A stretch of DNA of 64,000 bases from Eubacteriales bacterium (GTDB lineage Bacteria > Bacillota > Clostridia > Oscillospirales > CAG-272), in the NCBI GenBank assembly GCA_045538895.1, contig JAZQEH010000118.1, positions 583 to 64,582 of the forward strand. Direction: 5' to 3'. A program made the position numbers and the translations under genes. Below are positions 55,622-64,000 of this stretch, piece after piece (within the stretch, counting starts at the first letter, position 1; each line of letters opens with the position of its first letter). The notes below the pieces were generated by a model, which saw nothing but the letters and a program-made list of their open reading frames with translations, was not told the origin of the DNA and made no database searches.

Positions 55622-56332
55622 TCAATCAATAGTTTTAATACTATATCCTGCATGCAGAATAGCAGAACGTGCCAAAACAAAGGTAGGATCAACAAATGTT
55701 CCTGTAAGACCGTATTTTTCAACGGCTAACGGAAGTTCGGTGCAACCGAGAATTGCAACTTCAGCACCCTGCTCTGCTAATCGCGAAAGCTCTGCATTTA
55801 CAGATGTTACATCGAAATTATCAGCACCGGCTTTAACACCTTTATAAATAATATCCATTACGTCCTTTTGTATTAAATCCGATGGATACATTAAATCAAT
55901 TCCAAACTTCTTAAAAATCTTTCCGAATACATCTGTATGTCTTGTTCCGTCAGTTGCAAGAAGAACGCTCTTCTTAACGTTTTTAGACACAAGGTATTTT
56001 GCAGTTTCCTCAACTATATTCAAAATCGGAATATTTACAGCTTCAACAAGCTTATCATAAAATCCGTGTGAAGTGATGCACGGTATAATTAGAAAATCTG
56101 CACCGGCATCCGCAAGCCTGTTCGCAGATTCAATCAGATACGGAAGCGGCGACGCTGTGCCATGCAAAATAGCACTTGTTCTGTCAGGAATCGAAGGGTT
56201 ATTGTCAATTATTACGTGTATATGTTCGGCATCAAGTTTTGCATCAGTCATGCTAATGATGCGGTAAAACAAATCCGCAGTAGCAAGCGGCCCCATACCG
56301 CCAATAATGCCTATTGTTTTTTTGTTACTCAT
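55622..56332 (-). CDS. Aspartate/glutamate racemase family protein (aspartate racemase-like)
   Basis: The ATG at 56332 (MSNKKTIGIIGGMGPLAT) is preferred; a GTG at 56344 is also in frame. Two catalytic Cys contexts, IIPCITSH and ILGCTELP. Confidence 0.85.
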   Translation of the reverse strand: MSNKKTIGIIGGMGPLATADLFYRIISMTDAKLDAEHIHVIIDNNPSIPDRTSAILHGTASPLPYLIESANRLADAGADFLIIPCITSHGFYDKLVEAVNIPILNIVEETAKYLVSKNVKKSVLLATDGTRHTDVFGKIFKKFGIDLMYPSDLIQKDVMDIIYKGVKAGADNFDVTSVNAELSRLAEQGAEVAILGCTELPLAVEKYGLTGTFVDPTFVLARSAILHAGYSIKTID

Positions 56333-56369
56333 TCTGATTCTCACTTAAAGGTTTTTATTCATTTATAAT

Positions 56370-56398
56370 ATTTTAACATAATAAAAACAGAATTGCAA
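56370..56398 (-). promoter_or_regulatory. Sigma-A promoter of the racemase gene
   Basis: Minus strand: TTGCAA (56398-56393), 17 nt, TAAAAT (56375-56370). Confidence 0.5.
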
Positions 56399-56432
56399 TG
56401 TGTTTTATTTAAAGTTTAGAATACATTATTTC

Positions 56433-56461
56433 GTATAAATCACCTTGTTTTGCAGATACTA
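56433..56461 (+). promoter_or_regulatory. Candidate forespore-type (sigma-G/sigma-F-like) promoter of spoVT
   Basis: GTATA (56433-56437), 17 nt, GATACTA (56455-56461), compared with the Bacillus sigma-G consensus GnATA-17/18-CATnnTA. One mismatch in the -10 element. spoVT is sigma-G-dependent in model sporeformers. Confidence 0.4.
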
Positions 56462-56497
56462 ACAGTACAAATCTGTAAGTCAAGGAGCAATTTATAT

Positions 56498-57049
56498 ATG
56501 AAAGCAACAGGAATTGTAAGAAGAATCGACGACCTTGGTCGTGTGGTTATACCCAAAGAGATAAGAAGAACCATGAGAATCCGTGAGGGCGATCCGCTTG
56601 AGATTTACACCGATCGTGAGGGCGAAGTAATTTTTAAAAAATATTCACCAATCGGTGAGCTTGTTTCATTCGCCTCACAGTATGCGGACACTTTGAACAA
56701 AACTTGCGGTATGTCCATTGTAATTTCGGACAGAGATGCAGTAGTTGCATGCGCCGGTGTTTCAAAAAAAGAATACACCGAAAAAAAGATTTCCGATGAA
56801 ATTGAGGACATAATCGAAAGCCGAACACTGTATGTGGCAAGCGGTGACAGTACTACCTTCCCTGTTATCGAAGACGGCGGAAGCCACTATGTCAGTTGTG
56901 CAATGCCAATAATCAGCGAGGGAGATATTGTTGGGTGTGTAGTTTCACTCACATCAAACGATGCGAGCGGAAGCACTCTTGCAAAAGACGTAGAAACAAA
57001 ACTGATACAAACGGCCGCCTCTTTTCTCGGGAAGCAGCTTGAAGCATGA
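56498..57049 (+). CDS. spoVT: Stage V sporulation protein T (AbrB-family regulator with GAF-like C-domain)
   Basis: The ATG at 56498 follows AAGGAG; the ORF track starts at 56450. 183 aa. N-terminus MKATGIVRRIDDLGRVVIPKEIRRTMRIREGDPLEIY (SpoVT/AbrB swapped-hairpin), plus a about 130-aa C-terminal domain. Confidence 0.9.
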   Translation: MKATGIVRRIDDLGRVVIPKEIRRTMRIREGDPLEIYTDREGEVIFKKYSPIGELVSFASQYADTLNKTCGMSIVISDRDAVVACAGVSKKEYTEKKISDEIEDIIESRTLYVASGDSTTFPVIEDGGSHYVSCAMPIISEGDIVGCVVSLTSNDASGSTLAKDVETKLIQTAASFLGKQLEA

Positions 57050-57050
57050 C

Positions 57051-57085
57051 AAAACGCAGCAGAAAACATTTTCTGCTGCGTTTTT
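57051..57085. terminator. Bidirectional terminator between convergent spoVT and the acyltransferase-like gene
   Basis: A 16-nt inverted repeat AAAACGCAGCAGAAAA-CA-TTTTCTGCTGCGTTTT followed by T. Confidence 0.85.
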
Positions 57086-57087
57086 AC

Positions 57088-57963
57088 TTATTCTACATCT
57101 TCAATGACGTTCTCGGGCGGTGTCAAAAGAGTTTCTGGAGAAGTAATCAATTTTTTGATAATCTTAAAAGCCGAAGCATAGTAATATCCATCACAAATTC
57201 TCTCATCAGTAACCGCATTCAAATCAATCAAAGTCTGTTTTTCAACAGAACCGTCATCGTTCAATTTGTTTACGTGATACTTTTTACCGTATGCAATAAA
57301 CAAGGGCAAATTGCCAAAATTATACAAATGGTGAAAAACCGGAGGAATTCCAAGTGACCCCATACTTGTCACAATTAACGAACCGTGAAAAGGACTGACA
57401 TCAAGCAACGATTTCGGTAACCAACCGTGATAGTCCAGGAAATTCAGGAAACCAACGGCGGCTCTCAAGATAAATCCGGGCAATTTAACAAGAGTTGAAA
57501 CGGTATCTTCAAAGTCAGAGTTGCCATCATCCCCGACTGCTTCTTTTACAACCTTATTGAACTTTTCATATACATCTATCAGAGTGTCTGTCGGCTCAAA
57601 ACGAACTTTAACCATAGTATCAGAAGCTTCGAGTGACATTTCTCTTTTAACAGCCATGTTGACTTCTATTGTATTGCGGTGAAAAATCTTTTGGCCTGAG
57701 CAAAAACGGTTTATACCGGGACGTGAAGCCACAGTGCGGATATATGCCGCAAGAATAACATGCAGAATACTCATGCTCTTATATCCCTGCTTGCGAAGTT
57801 CTCGCAGAAGTTTGTCCGCCTCTGTAATGTTGACTGTATCAGAAAACATATTCTGCGCATCGTTTCTGGTTGGCATAATGTAGGGTACTACATAGGACAT
57901 TGCAGGCAAAGTACGTACACGTCTTCCCTCTTTTCTGTCGCCCCATCTGCGTTTTTTGTTCAT
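57088..57963 (-). CDS. Stand-alone CAT/2-oxoacid-dehydrogenase-E2-like acyltransferase-fold protein, function unknown
   Basis: 291 aa. Basic N-terminus KKRRWGDRKEGRRVRT. The C-terminal motif TDERICDGYYYASAF (57181-57213 region) aligns by eye with DHRxxDG of E2 and HHAVCDGFH of CAT. Confidence 0.6.
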   Translation of the reverse strand: MNKKRRWGDRKEGRRVRTLPAMSYVVPYIMPTRNDAQNMFSDTVNITEADKLLRELRKQGYKSMSILHVILAAYIRTVASRPGINRFCSGQKIFHRNTIEVNMAVKREMSLEASDTMVKVRFEPTDTLIDVYEKFNKVVKEAVGDDGNSDFEDTVSTLVKLPGFILRAAVGFLNFLDYHGWLPKSLLDVSPFHGSLIVTSMGSLGIPPVFHHLYNFGNLPLFIAYGKKYHVNKLNDDGSVEKQTLIDLNAVTDERICDGYYYASAFKIIKKLITSPETLLTPPENVIEDVE

Positions 57964-57987
57964 AATTCTTCTCCGTATATATGTAAT

Positions 57988-58968
57988 TTAGAGTTCAGCT
58001 ACACCTGCTGCATTCGGGAAATTAAATTTATGTGAAGCTCCGGCAATCGGGAGACCGTCATTACCGAGCGGCATTATGCAGATTTCTCCGGAAACCTGAT
58101 AACAAACAATCAATGTTTTTCCGTCTTTTGATAAAGTCATATGTCTTGGCTTTTCTCCATCAGTGGGCAAACGAAGTTTTTCATAAAGTCTGCCGTTTTC
58201 ATCAACTCCAAAGAAAACAAGAGATTCGCTATAGCGATTTGCACCGTAAATTGTCTTTTCATCGGGAGAAAGACAAATAGCCGAACAATGACTCTTGCCT
58301 ACAAAACCTTCCGGAAGCGTAGAAATTCTTTGCAAAAGCTTCTTTTCAGGCATTTTATAAACAAGAACTTCATTTGAAAGCTCGGTAATTACATAAAGGA
58401 TACTTTCATCCGAATTGTAAACCGAGTGTCTTGGATGCTGATCTCTTTCGGTGTAAATGCGGTCTTTTTCAACAATCGTGCCATTTTTTATTTCATAAAA
58501 GTAAATAATATCAAGGCCTACATTGTTAACCATGAGTGTGTCTTCGGCTTTGTTAACACTAACATAATGCACACGAGTTATAAGAGTTTCATCGCCGGTT
58601 TCGTTTACCTGAAGGAGCGAACCGGAGCTTATAAACTTGCCACTTTCGTCAATAGTAGCATACAAAAGATGACCGGAACCCCAGCAAGCACCGAATACCA
58701 TATGATTCTTTGGAGAATAGCAGATATGACACAAGTCTGTACCTTCAAAACGCACACTGTCTACCAAAGCAAAATCTTTGCCATTTTTGAGATATGAATG
58801 CATATAAGAATAGTTGTCGTTTTCTGTTACCGCAAACATTCTATCGCCGATTACTTCAACAAAGCTTGGAGACTCGATTGTATCAAACCATGAAACATTG
58901 CCGTATTCGTCACATCTTACGATATTTTTGTTGCCGGCTTCACCGTATCCGGAAATAATAAGATCCAT
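57988..58968 (-). CDS. Seven-bladed beta-propeller lactonase family protein (6-phosphogluconolactonase-like)
   Basis: 326 aa. Repeating propeller-blade pattern, with PRHSVYNSDESILYVITELSNEVLVY and PRHMTLSKDGKTLIVCYQVSGEICIM typical of the family. Confidence 0.72.
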   Translation of the reverse strand: MDLIISGYGEAGNKNIVRCDEYGNVSWFDTIESPSFVEVIGDRMFAVTENDNYSYMHSYLKNGKDFALVDSVRFEGTDLCHICYSPKNHMVFGACWGSGHLLYATIDESGKFISSGSLLQVNETGDETLITRVHYVSVNKAEDTLMVNNVGLDIIYFYEIKNGTIVEKDRIYTERDQHPRHSVYNSDESILYVITELSNEVLVYKMPEKKLLQRISTLPEGFVGKSHCSAICLSPDEKTIYGANRYSESLVFFGVDENGRLYEKLRLPTDGEKPRHMTLSKDGKTLIVCYQVSGEICIMPLGNDGLPIAGASHKFNFPNAAGVAEL

Positions 58969-58998
58969 AATTCTCTCCTATTCAACACAGTTTTCACC

Positions 58999-59027
58999 AT
59001 TTTATCACATTTTCTTCTCTTTTTCAA
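58999..59027 (-). promoter_or_regulatory. Sigma-A promoter of the lactonase/acyltransferase-like gene pair
   Basis: Minus strand: TTGAAA (59027-59022), 17 nt, extended -10 TGaTAAAAT ending at 58999. Confidence 0.5.
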
Positions 59028-59055
59028 CATTTTTTTACATTTCTAACTCCAATAC

Positions 59056-59084
59056 TTGTATTTATGAATTAATTTTAGTAGAAT
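59056..59084 (+). promoter_or_regulatory. Candidate sigma-A promoter of comEC
   Basis: TTGTAT (59056-59061), 17 nt, TAGAAT (59079-59084). Confidence 0.42.
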
Positions 59085-59117
59085 GTTAAAAAAAGGAAGT
59101 TAAACGGATTTATTTAT

Positions 59118-61349
59118 ATGAACATATTCGAGAAAAGACCTCTTCTGCTTTCATTATTTATTTTTGTTGGTTTCAGTGCGGTGTGTTTAATTATACCCAC
59201 ACACTTAAAACTATTGAATATCGTTATCTGCATCGCGGCAGTCGTAACTTTGGGAGTTCTGTTTTTGGTATTAAAGATCCGTAATAAAAAGGCAGATATT
59301 TCTTTCTTAATTTTCTTATGTGCGGTTTCTGTTCTTTTGGCAACTATGAACTCATACCGCGCATTCGATATAAAACTCAAAGAAATACGTAATTTGTCTG
59401 AAGAAAACAGCGTAGTTGCTGAAATACATGAATGTACATACAGAGCGTCTTATACCGCCGACTATACCGCAAGAATCATCAAAATAAACGGTGCGAAGAA
59501 AAACTTTTATGCCAAGATAACTTCTGAAAAAGCCGTCGGACTGGAAGCGGGAGATATTATTTGTGCAAACATGATTTTTCAGAATTTTCCCGTTCTTTCT
59601 TATGGCTATGATTTAGCAACGGCAAATCTGCCTCAAGGAATAATTGCCTATGCCACTTTTTCCGATACTATCTACACCGACAGCAATGCTTTCGATTCAG
59701 GATTCTTTTACAACGCCAGAAAATTTGTTTCCGAAACGGTTGACAAATGCAATTTTAAAAACGTCGGACCGTTAATCAAGGCACTGCTGATTGGAGACAG
59801 AAGTGAGCTCGAAGACGAAACCAACCTCGCTTTTGAACGGTTGGGAATTTCGCATATTCTTTCAATAAGCGGCACACATTTCACTGTGCTTTTAGGCATG
59901 ATCATGCTTCTGCTTTCGCTTTTTGGAGTCAACAAAAAAGTAATCTACTTTGTTCTCATACCGATTGCCATATTCTATATGGGGCTTTCCGGTTTTTCGC
60001 CTTCAGTTTGCCGTGCAGGTATAATGTCACTAATGGCATATATGGGATTTTTGCTTGGCAGAACAAAAGACTCGTACACTTCCCTTTTTGTTGCCATGGT
60101 CTTGCTTTTAACAGTAACCCCGTACACAGTAACAAGTATCGGCTTGTGGCTCTCTTTTTCGGCTACATTTACCATTCTTATAATACTTGATATTTTTAGT
60201 TCTACCGAAATGTTCAGCAAACATACTTCATGGTACAAAAAGATACTGTTCTTCTTTATTTCAAGAATGATAATTACGCTCGCCGTTTCGTTTACTTCGC
60301 TACCGATAATTACAATGACATTTGGTGTTTATTCAATAGCCACGCCGCTTGCAAATATCACCATAGTACCGTTGTTTGAACTTTTTCTGTATCTTGCTCC
60401 GTTAGCAGTCTTGTTTTCAAACTTTCCACTACTACTGAGTTTAATCGATTATCTTGGTGGTTTGATTCTTAAAATTGCATTATATTTTTCCAAGTACAAC
60501 AACCTACTTGTTTCGTTGGATTATACTGCCATAAAGATCATTTCATTCATAGGCGTTGTAGTTACGGTTATTATGATCATCTTGCCACTGAAACGAAAAA
60601 TATGGTTATTAGTTCCTTTTTCTCTTTCAATAATTTTAATTATAGTTTCCGTGTCACTTATTACAGCTTCACATTCAGAAGAAACACATATTTCATACTT
60701 CCGTAGTGGAACAAACGACGGTATAATGGCTATTGACAATAACAAAGCTATGTACATAGACGTTTCATGCAGTTCGCCGTCATTTTCCTATTTTGCAAGC
60801 GGAGTTGCAAACGATCATAATTGTCCTGAAATATCAACAGTCGTTTTTACTCATTACAGAAGCAGGCACACAAGCATGTTCAAAAAACTTGCTTCTACTA
60901 CAAGAATTCACCGGATTTATCTACCAGTTTCTTTAAAAGAGGAATTTGCACAGATATGCAAAATTGCAAGTGAACAGAACATTGTGATAAGATGGTATTC
61001 TTACGGCGAAGAAATAACATTTGAAGATACAAAAACTAAAATTTTTGAACCTCAGTATGCAGAAAACTCTACACACGAAGTAGTTTCGTTCGGAATAACT
61101 GCCAATAACAAGGATTTTCTCTATCTCGGCTCTTCTTTTTCAAGATGCAAAGAACCGCTAGACAACGAAATCAAATCAGCCGAGTACATCTTTTTAGGTC
61201 AGCATTATCCCAAAGCAAAAGAATACTTTGAACTAAAAACCGATGCCGAACTGATATACGGCAACGAACATGTTTATAACCTCTCACTTTCCGAAAAAGA
61301 AGCATATTTGCTGACAGATGGCGGTTTATATGACATAATGCTGAAATAA
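59118..61349 (+). CDS. comEC: ComEC/Rec2 DNA-internalization channel protein
   Basis: 743 aa. N-terminal TM plus OB-fold (DUF4131-like), the competence domain (LGISHILSISGTHFTVLLG, SPSVCRAG), many TM helices, and a C-terminal beta-lactamase-like domain with a degenerate metal motif. Confidence 0.87.
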   Translation: MNIFEKRPLLLSLFIFVGFSAVCLIIPTHLKLLNIVICIAAVVTLGVLFLVLKIRNKKADISFLIFLCAVSVLLATMNSYRAFDIKLKEIRNLSEENSVVAEIHECTYRASYTADYTARIIKINGAKKNFYAKITSEKAVGLEAGDIICANMIFQNFPVLSYGYDLATANLPQGIIAYATFSDTIYTDSNAFDSGFFYNARKFVSETVDKCNFKNVGPLIKALLIGDRSELEDETNLAFERLGISHILSISGTHFTVLLGMIMLLLSLFGVNKKVIYFVLIPIAIFYMGLSGFSPSVCRAGIMSLMAYMGFLLGRTKDSYTSLFVAMVLLLTVTPYTVTSIGLWLSFSATFTILIILDIFSSTEMFSKHTSWYKKILFFFISRMIITLAVSFTSLPIITMTFGVYSIATPLANITIVPLFELFLYLAPLAVLFSNFPLLLSLIDYLGGLILKIALYFSKYNNLLVSLDYTAIKIISFIGVVVTVIMIILPLKRKIWLLVPFSLSIILIIVSVSLITASHSEETHISYFRSGTNDGIMAIDNNKAMYIDVSCSSPSFSYFASGVANDHNCPEISTVVFTHYRSRHTSMFKKLASTTRIHRIYLPVSLKEEFAQICKIASEQNIVIRWYSYGEEITFEDTKTKIFEPQYAENSTHEVVSFGITANNKDFLYLGSSFSRCKEPLDNEIKSAEYIFLGQHYPKAKEYFELKTDAELIYGNEHVYNLSLSEKEAYLLTDGGLYDIMLK

Positions 61350-62921
<1,572 letters not shown>

Positions 62922-62924
62922 ATT

Positions 62925-62959
62925 CAAAGCCCGCTTCTCTGCGGGCTTTGTTTTGTTTT
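62925..62959 (+). terminator. Intrinsic terminator after guaB
   Basis: CAAAGCCCGC-TTCTCT-GCGGGCTTTG followed by TTTTGTTTT. Confidence 0.85.
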
Positions 62960-62985
62960 AAAATTAATAGAAAGAAGACAAAAAC

Positions 62986-64000
62986 ATGACAAAAATAGAT
63001 ATTATTTCCGGTTTTCTCGGTGCCGGAAAAACAACTCTTATCAAAAAGCTTTTATGTGAAGCACTTATCGGCGAAAAGGTTGTGCTTATTGAAAATGAAT
63101 TCGGTGAAATCGGTATTGACGGTGGTTTTCTTAAAGACAGTGGAATTGAGATAACCGAAATGAACTCCGGTTGTATCTGCTGCAGTCTTGTGGGCGATTT
63201 TGAAAAGTCGCTTGCAGAGGTGCTTGACAAATTCACACCAGACCGTATTATTATTGAGCCGTCCGGCGTGGGTAAACTCAGCGATATTATAAGTGCAGTT
63301 GAAAAACTTGAACGTGACGACATTATTCTTAACAGTTTTTCTACCATTGTCGATGCAAAGAAGTGCAAAATGTACCTCAAAAACTTCGGTGAATTCTTCT
63401 GTAATCAGGTTGAAAATGCACGAGCAATAATTGTAAGCCGTTCGCAGGATGCAAGTGAAGAAAAACTGGCTGAAACTATTGAGCTTATCCGTACTCTTAA
63501 TAGTGAAGCAAATATTATTACCACTCCTTGGGATGCTCTCGACGGTAAACAAATCCTCCACGCCATGGAAAATGCAAAACTCCTTTCAAAAGAACTTGAA
63601 GAAGAACATCACAAGGCAAAACACCATCACCACCACGAGCACGGTGAAGAATGTCACTGTCATGACCACGAGCATCATCACCATGATGAAGAGTGTCACT
63701 GCCACGATCATGAACATCATCACGAGCACGGCGAAGAGTGTCACTGCCATGAACACGGTCATCATCACCATCACGATGCTGATGAAGTGTTCACTTCTGT
63801 AGGCTTTGAAACTATTAAAAAGTATACTGTTGATGAAATCGAGAATATACTTAAATCTCTTGAAGATGAACACACCTACGGTATTGTACTTCGCTCTAAA
63901 GGTATTGTTGCAGCCACCGACGGTTGGGTCCACTTTGACTACGTTCCCGGAGAAGCCGATGTTCGCATGGGCGGAGCCGATACCATCGGCAAAATCTGCG
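62986..64000 (+). CDS. COG0523/CobW-family G3E GTPase (metallochaperone-like) with His/Cys-rich insert; 3' end outside the window
   Basis: Not in the ORF track because it has no stop in the window. Frame +1 is open from the ATG at 62986. Sequence MTKIDIISGFLGAGKTTLIKKLL (P-loop), the CxCC motif GCICCS, EPSGVG, a His/Cys-rich linker, then the CobW_C-like segment FTSVGFET...YGIVLRSKGIV. Confidence 0.88.
   Translation, partial: MTKIDIISGFLGAGKTTLIKKLLCEALIGEKVVLIENEFGEIGIDGGFLKDSGIEITEMNSGCICCSLVGDFEKSLAEVLDKFTPDRIIIEPSGVGKLSDIISAVEKLERDDIILNSFSTIVDAKKCKMYLKNFGEFFCNQVENARAIIVSRSQDASEEKLAETIELIRTLNSEANIITTPWDALDGKQILHAMENAKLLSKELEEEHHKAKHHHHHEHGEECHCHDHEHHHHDEECHCHDHEHHHEHGEECHCHEHGHHHHHDADEVFTSVGFETIKKYTVDEIENILKSLEDEHTYGIVLRSKGIVAATDGWVHFDYVPGEADVRMGGADTIGKIC
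63643..63774 (+). repeat. Three in-frame tandem imperfect repeats (42, 45 and 45 nt) encoding (G/D)EECHCH(D/E)H...HHH modules
   Basis: Units start at 63643, 63685 and 63730. They encode GEECHCHDHEHHHH, DEECHCHDHEHHHEH and GEECHCHEHGHHHHH inside the COG0523 gene. Confidence 0.9.

Noticed and set aside
59114-59380. 88-aa minus-strand ORF at the 5' end of comEC
   Set aside because: It is antisense to the comEC N-terminal TM region, has no RBS, and overlaps the comEC promoter and start. It is a shadow ORF.
63607-63777. Tandem DNA repeats considered as a CRISPR-like or VNTR non-coding array
   Set aside because: The units are 42-45 nt, in frame, directly adjacent with no spacers, and encode a His/Cys-rich protein linker. 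This is a coding repeat, not a CRISPR array.
62964-63933. Track ORFs 62964-63380 (-), 63052-63561 (-), 63449-63802 (+) and 63586-63933 (-)
   Set aside because: All overlap the frame +1 COG0523 gene, which starts at 62986 and which the track omits because it has no stop in the window. The Thr/Val/Met-rich repeats are alternative-frame or antisense readings of the CAT/CAC His-codon tract.

Overview
This 64-kb chromosomal window comes from a moderately AT-rich Firmicute of class Clostridia. Gene order and protein signatures fit an Oscillospiraceae/Ruminococcus-like anaerobe, but the taxon is a guess made without a database search. Coding density is very high. I call 58 CDS (two truncated by the window edges), one tRNA-Arg(CCT), one ZTP (pfl-motif) riboswitch, a tandem CtsR operator, about a dozen near-consensus sigma-A promoters and about a dozen intrinsic terminators. 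I saw no rRNA, CRISPR array, IS/transposase, integrase, prophage gene, toxin-antitoxin pair or recognisable defence system.

Most of the window is housekeeping:
- tig-clpP-clpX, a class A PBP, dnaE, whiA, murB and tyrS.
- A remodelled nusB...xseA-xseB-ispA-tlyA-nadK-argR-recN cluster.
- prs, ctsR-mcsA-mcsB-clpC, and an M16-M16-lgt-folD operon.
- pflB-pflA, spoVT, comEC, guaB and a COG0523 GTPase.

The one clearly accessory block is a roughly 15.6-kb, 15-gene, single-strand Wzx/Wzy-type polysaccharide operon (36808-52408). It is the best candidate for undescribed biology. Besides the usual CpsC/CpsD, LCP, priming transferase, five glycosyltransferases, Wzy and Wzx, it carries three unusual elements:
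- A radical-SAM/SPASM enzyme wedged between glycosyltransferases.
- A membrane-anchored Cys-based phosphatase, predicted to face outward and carrying a cytoplasmic His-rich tail, tightly coupled to a class B sortase.
- A secreted protein with a PPQTG sorting signal, sitting where cpsB normally lies.

Secondary points of interest:
- A signal-peptide-less SpoIID/SleC-like peptidoglycan-binding three-gene cluster.
- A TsaD/Kae1 paralog replacing folD in the nusB cluster.
- A CAT/E2-like acyltransferase whose catalytic His appears to be replaced.
- tyrS without a T-box leader.
- A ComEC with a degenerate metallo-beta-lactamase motif.

All family calls rest on motif recognition by eye and on synteny. 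No BLAST, HMM or RNA-folding computation was run, and none of the findings is proven to be novel.
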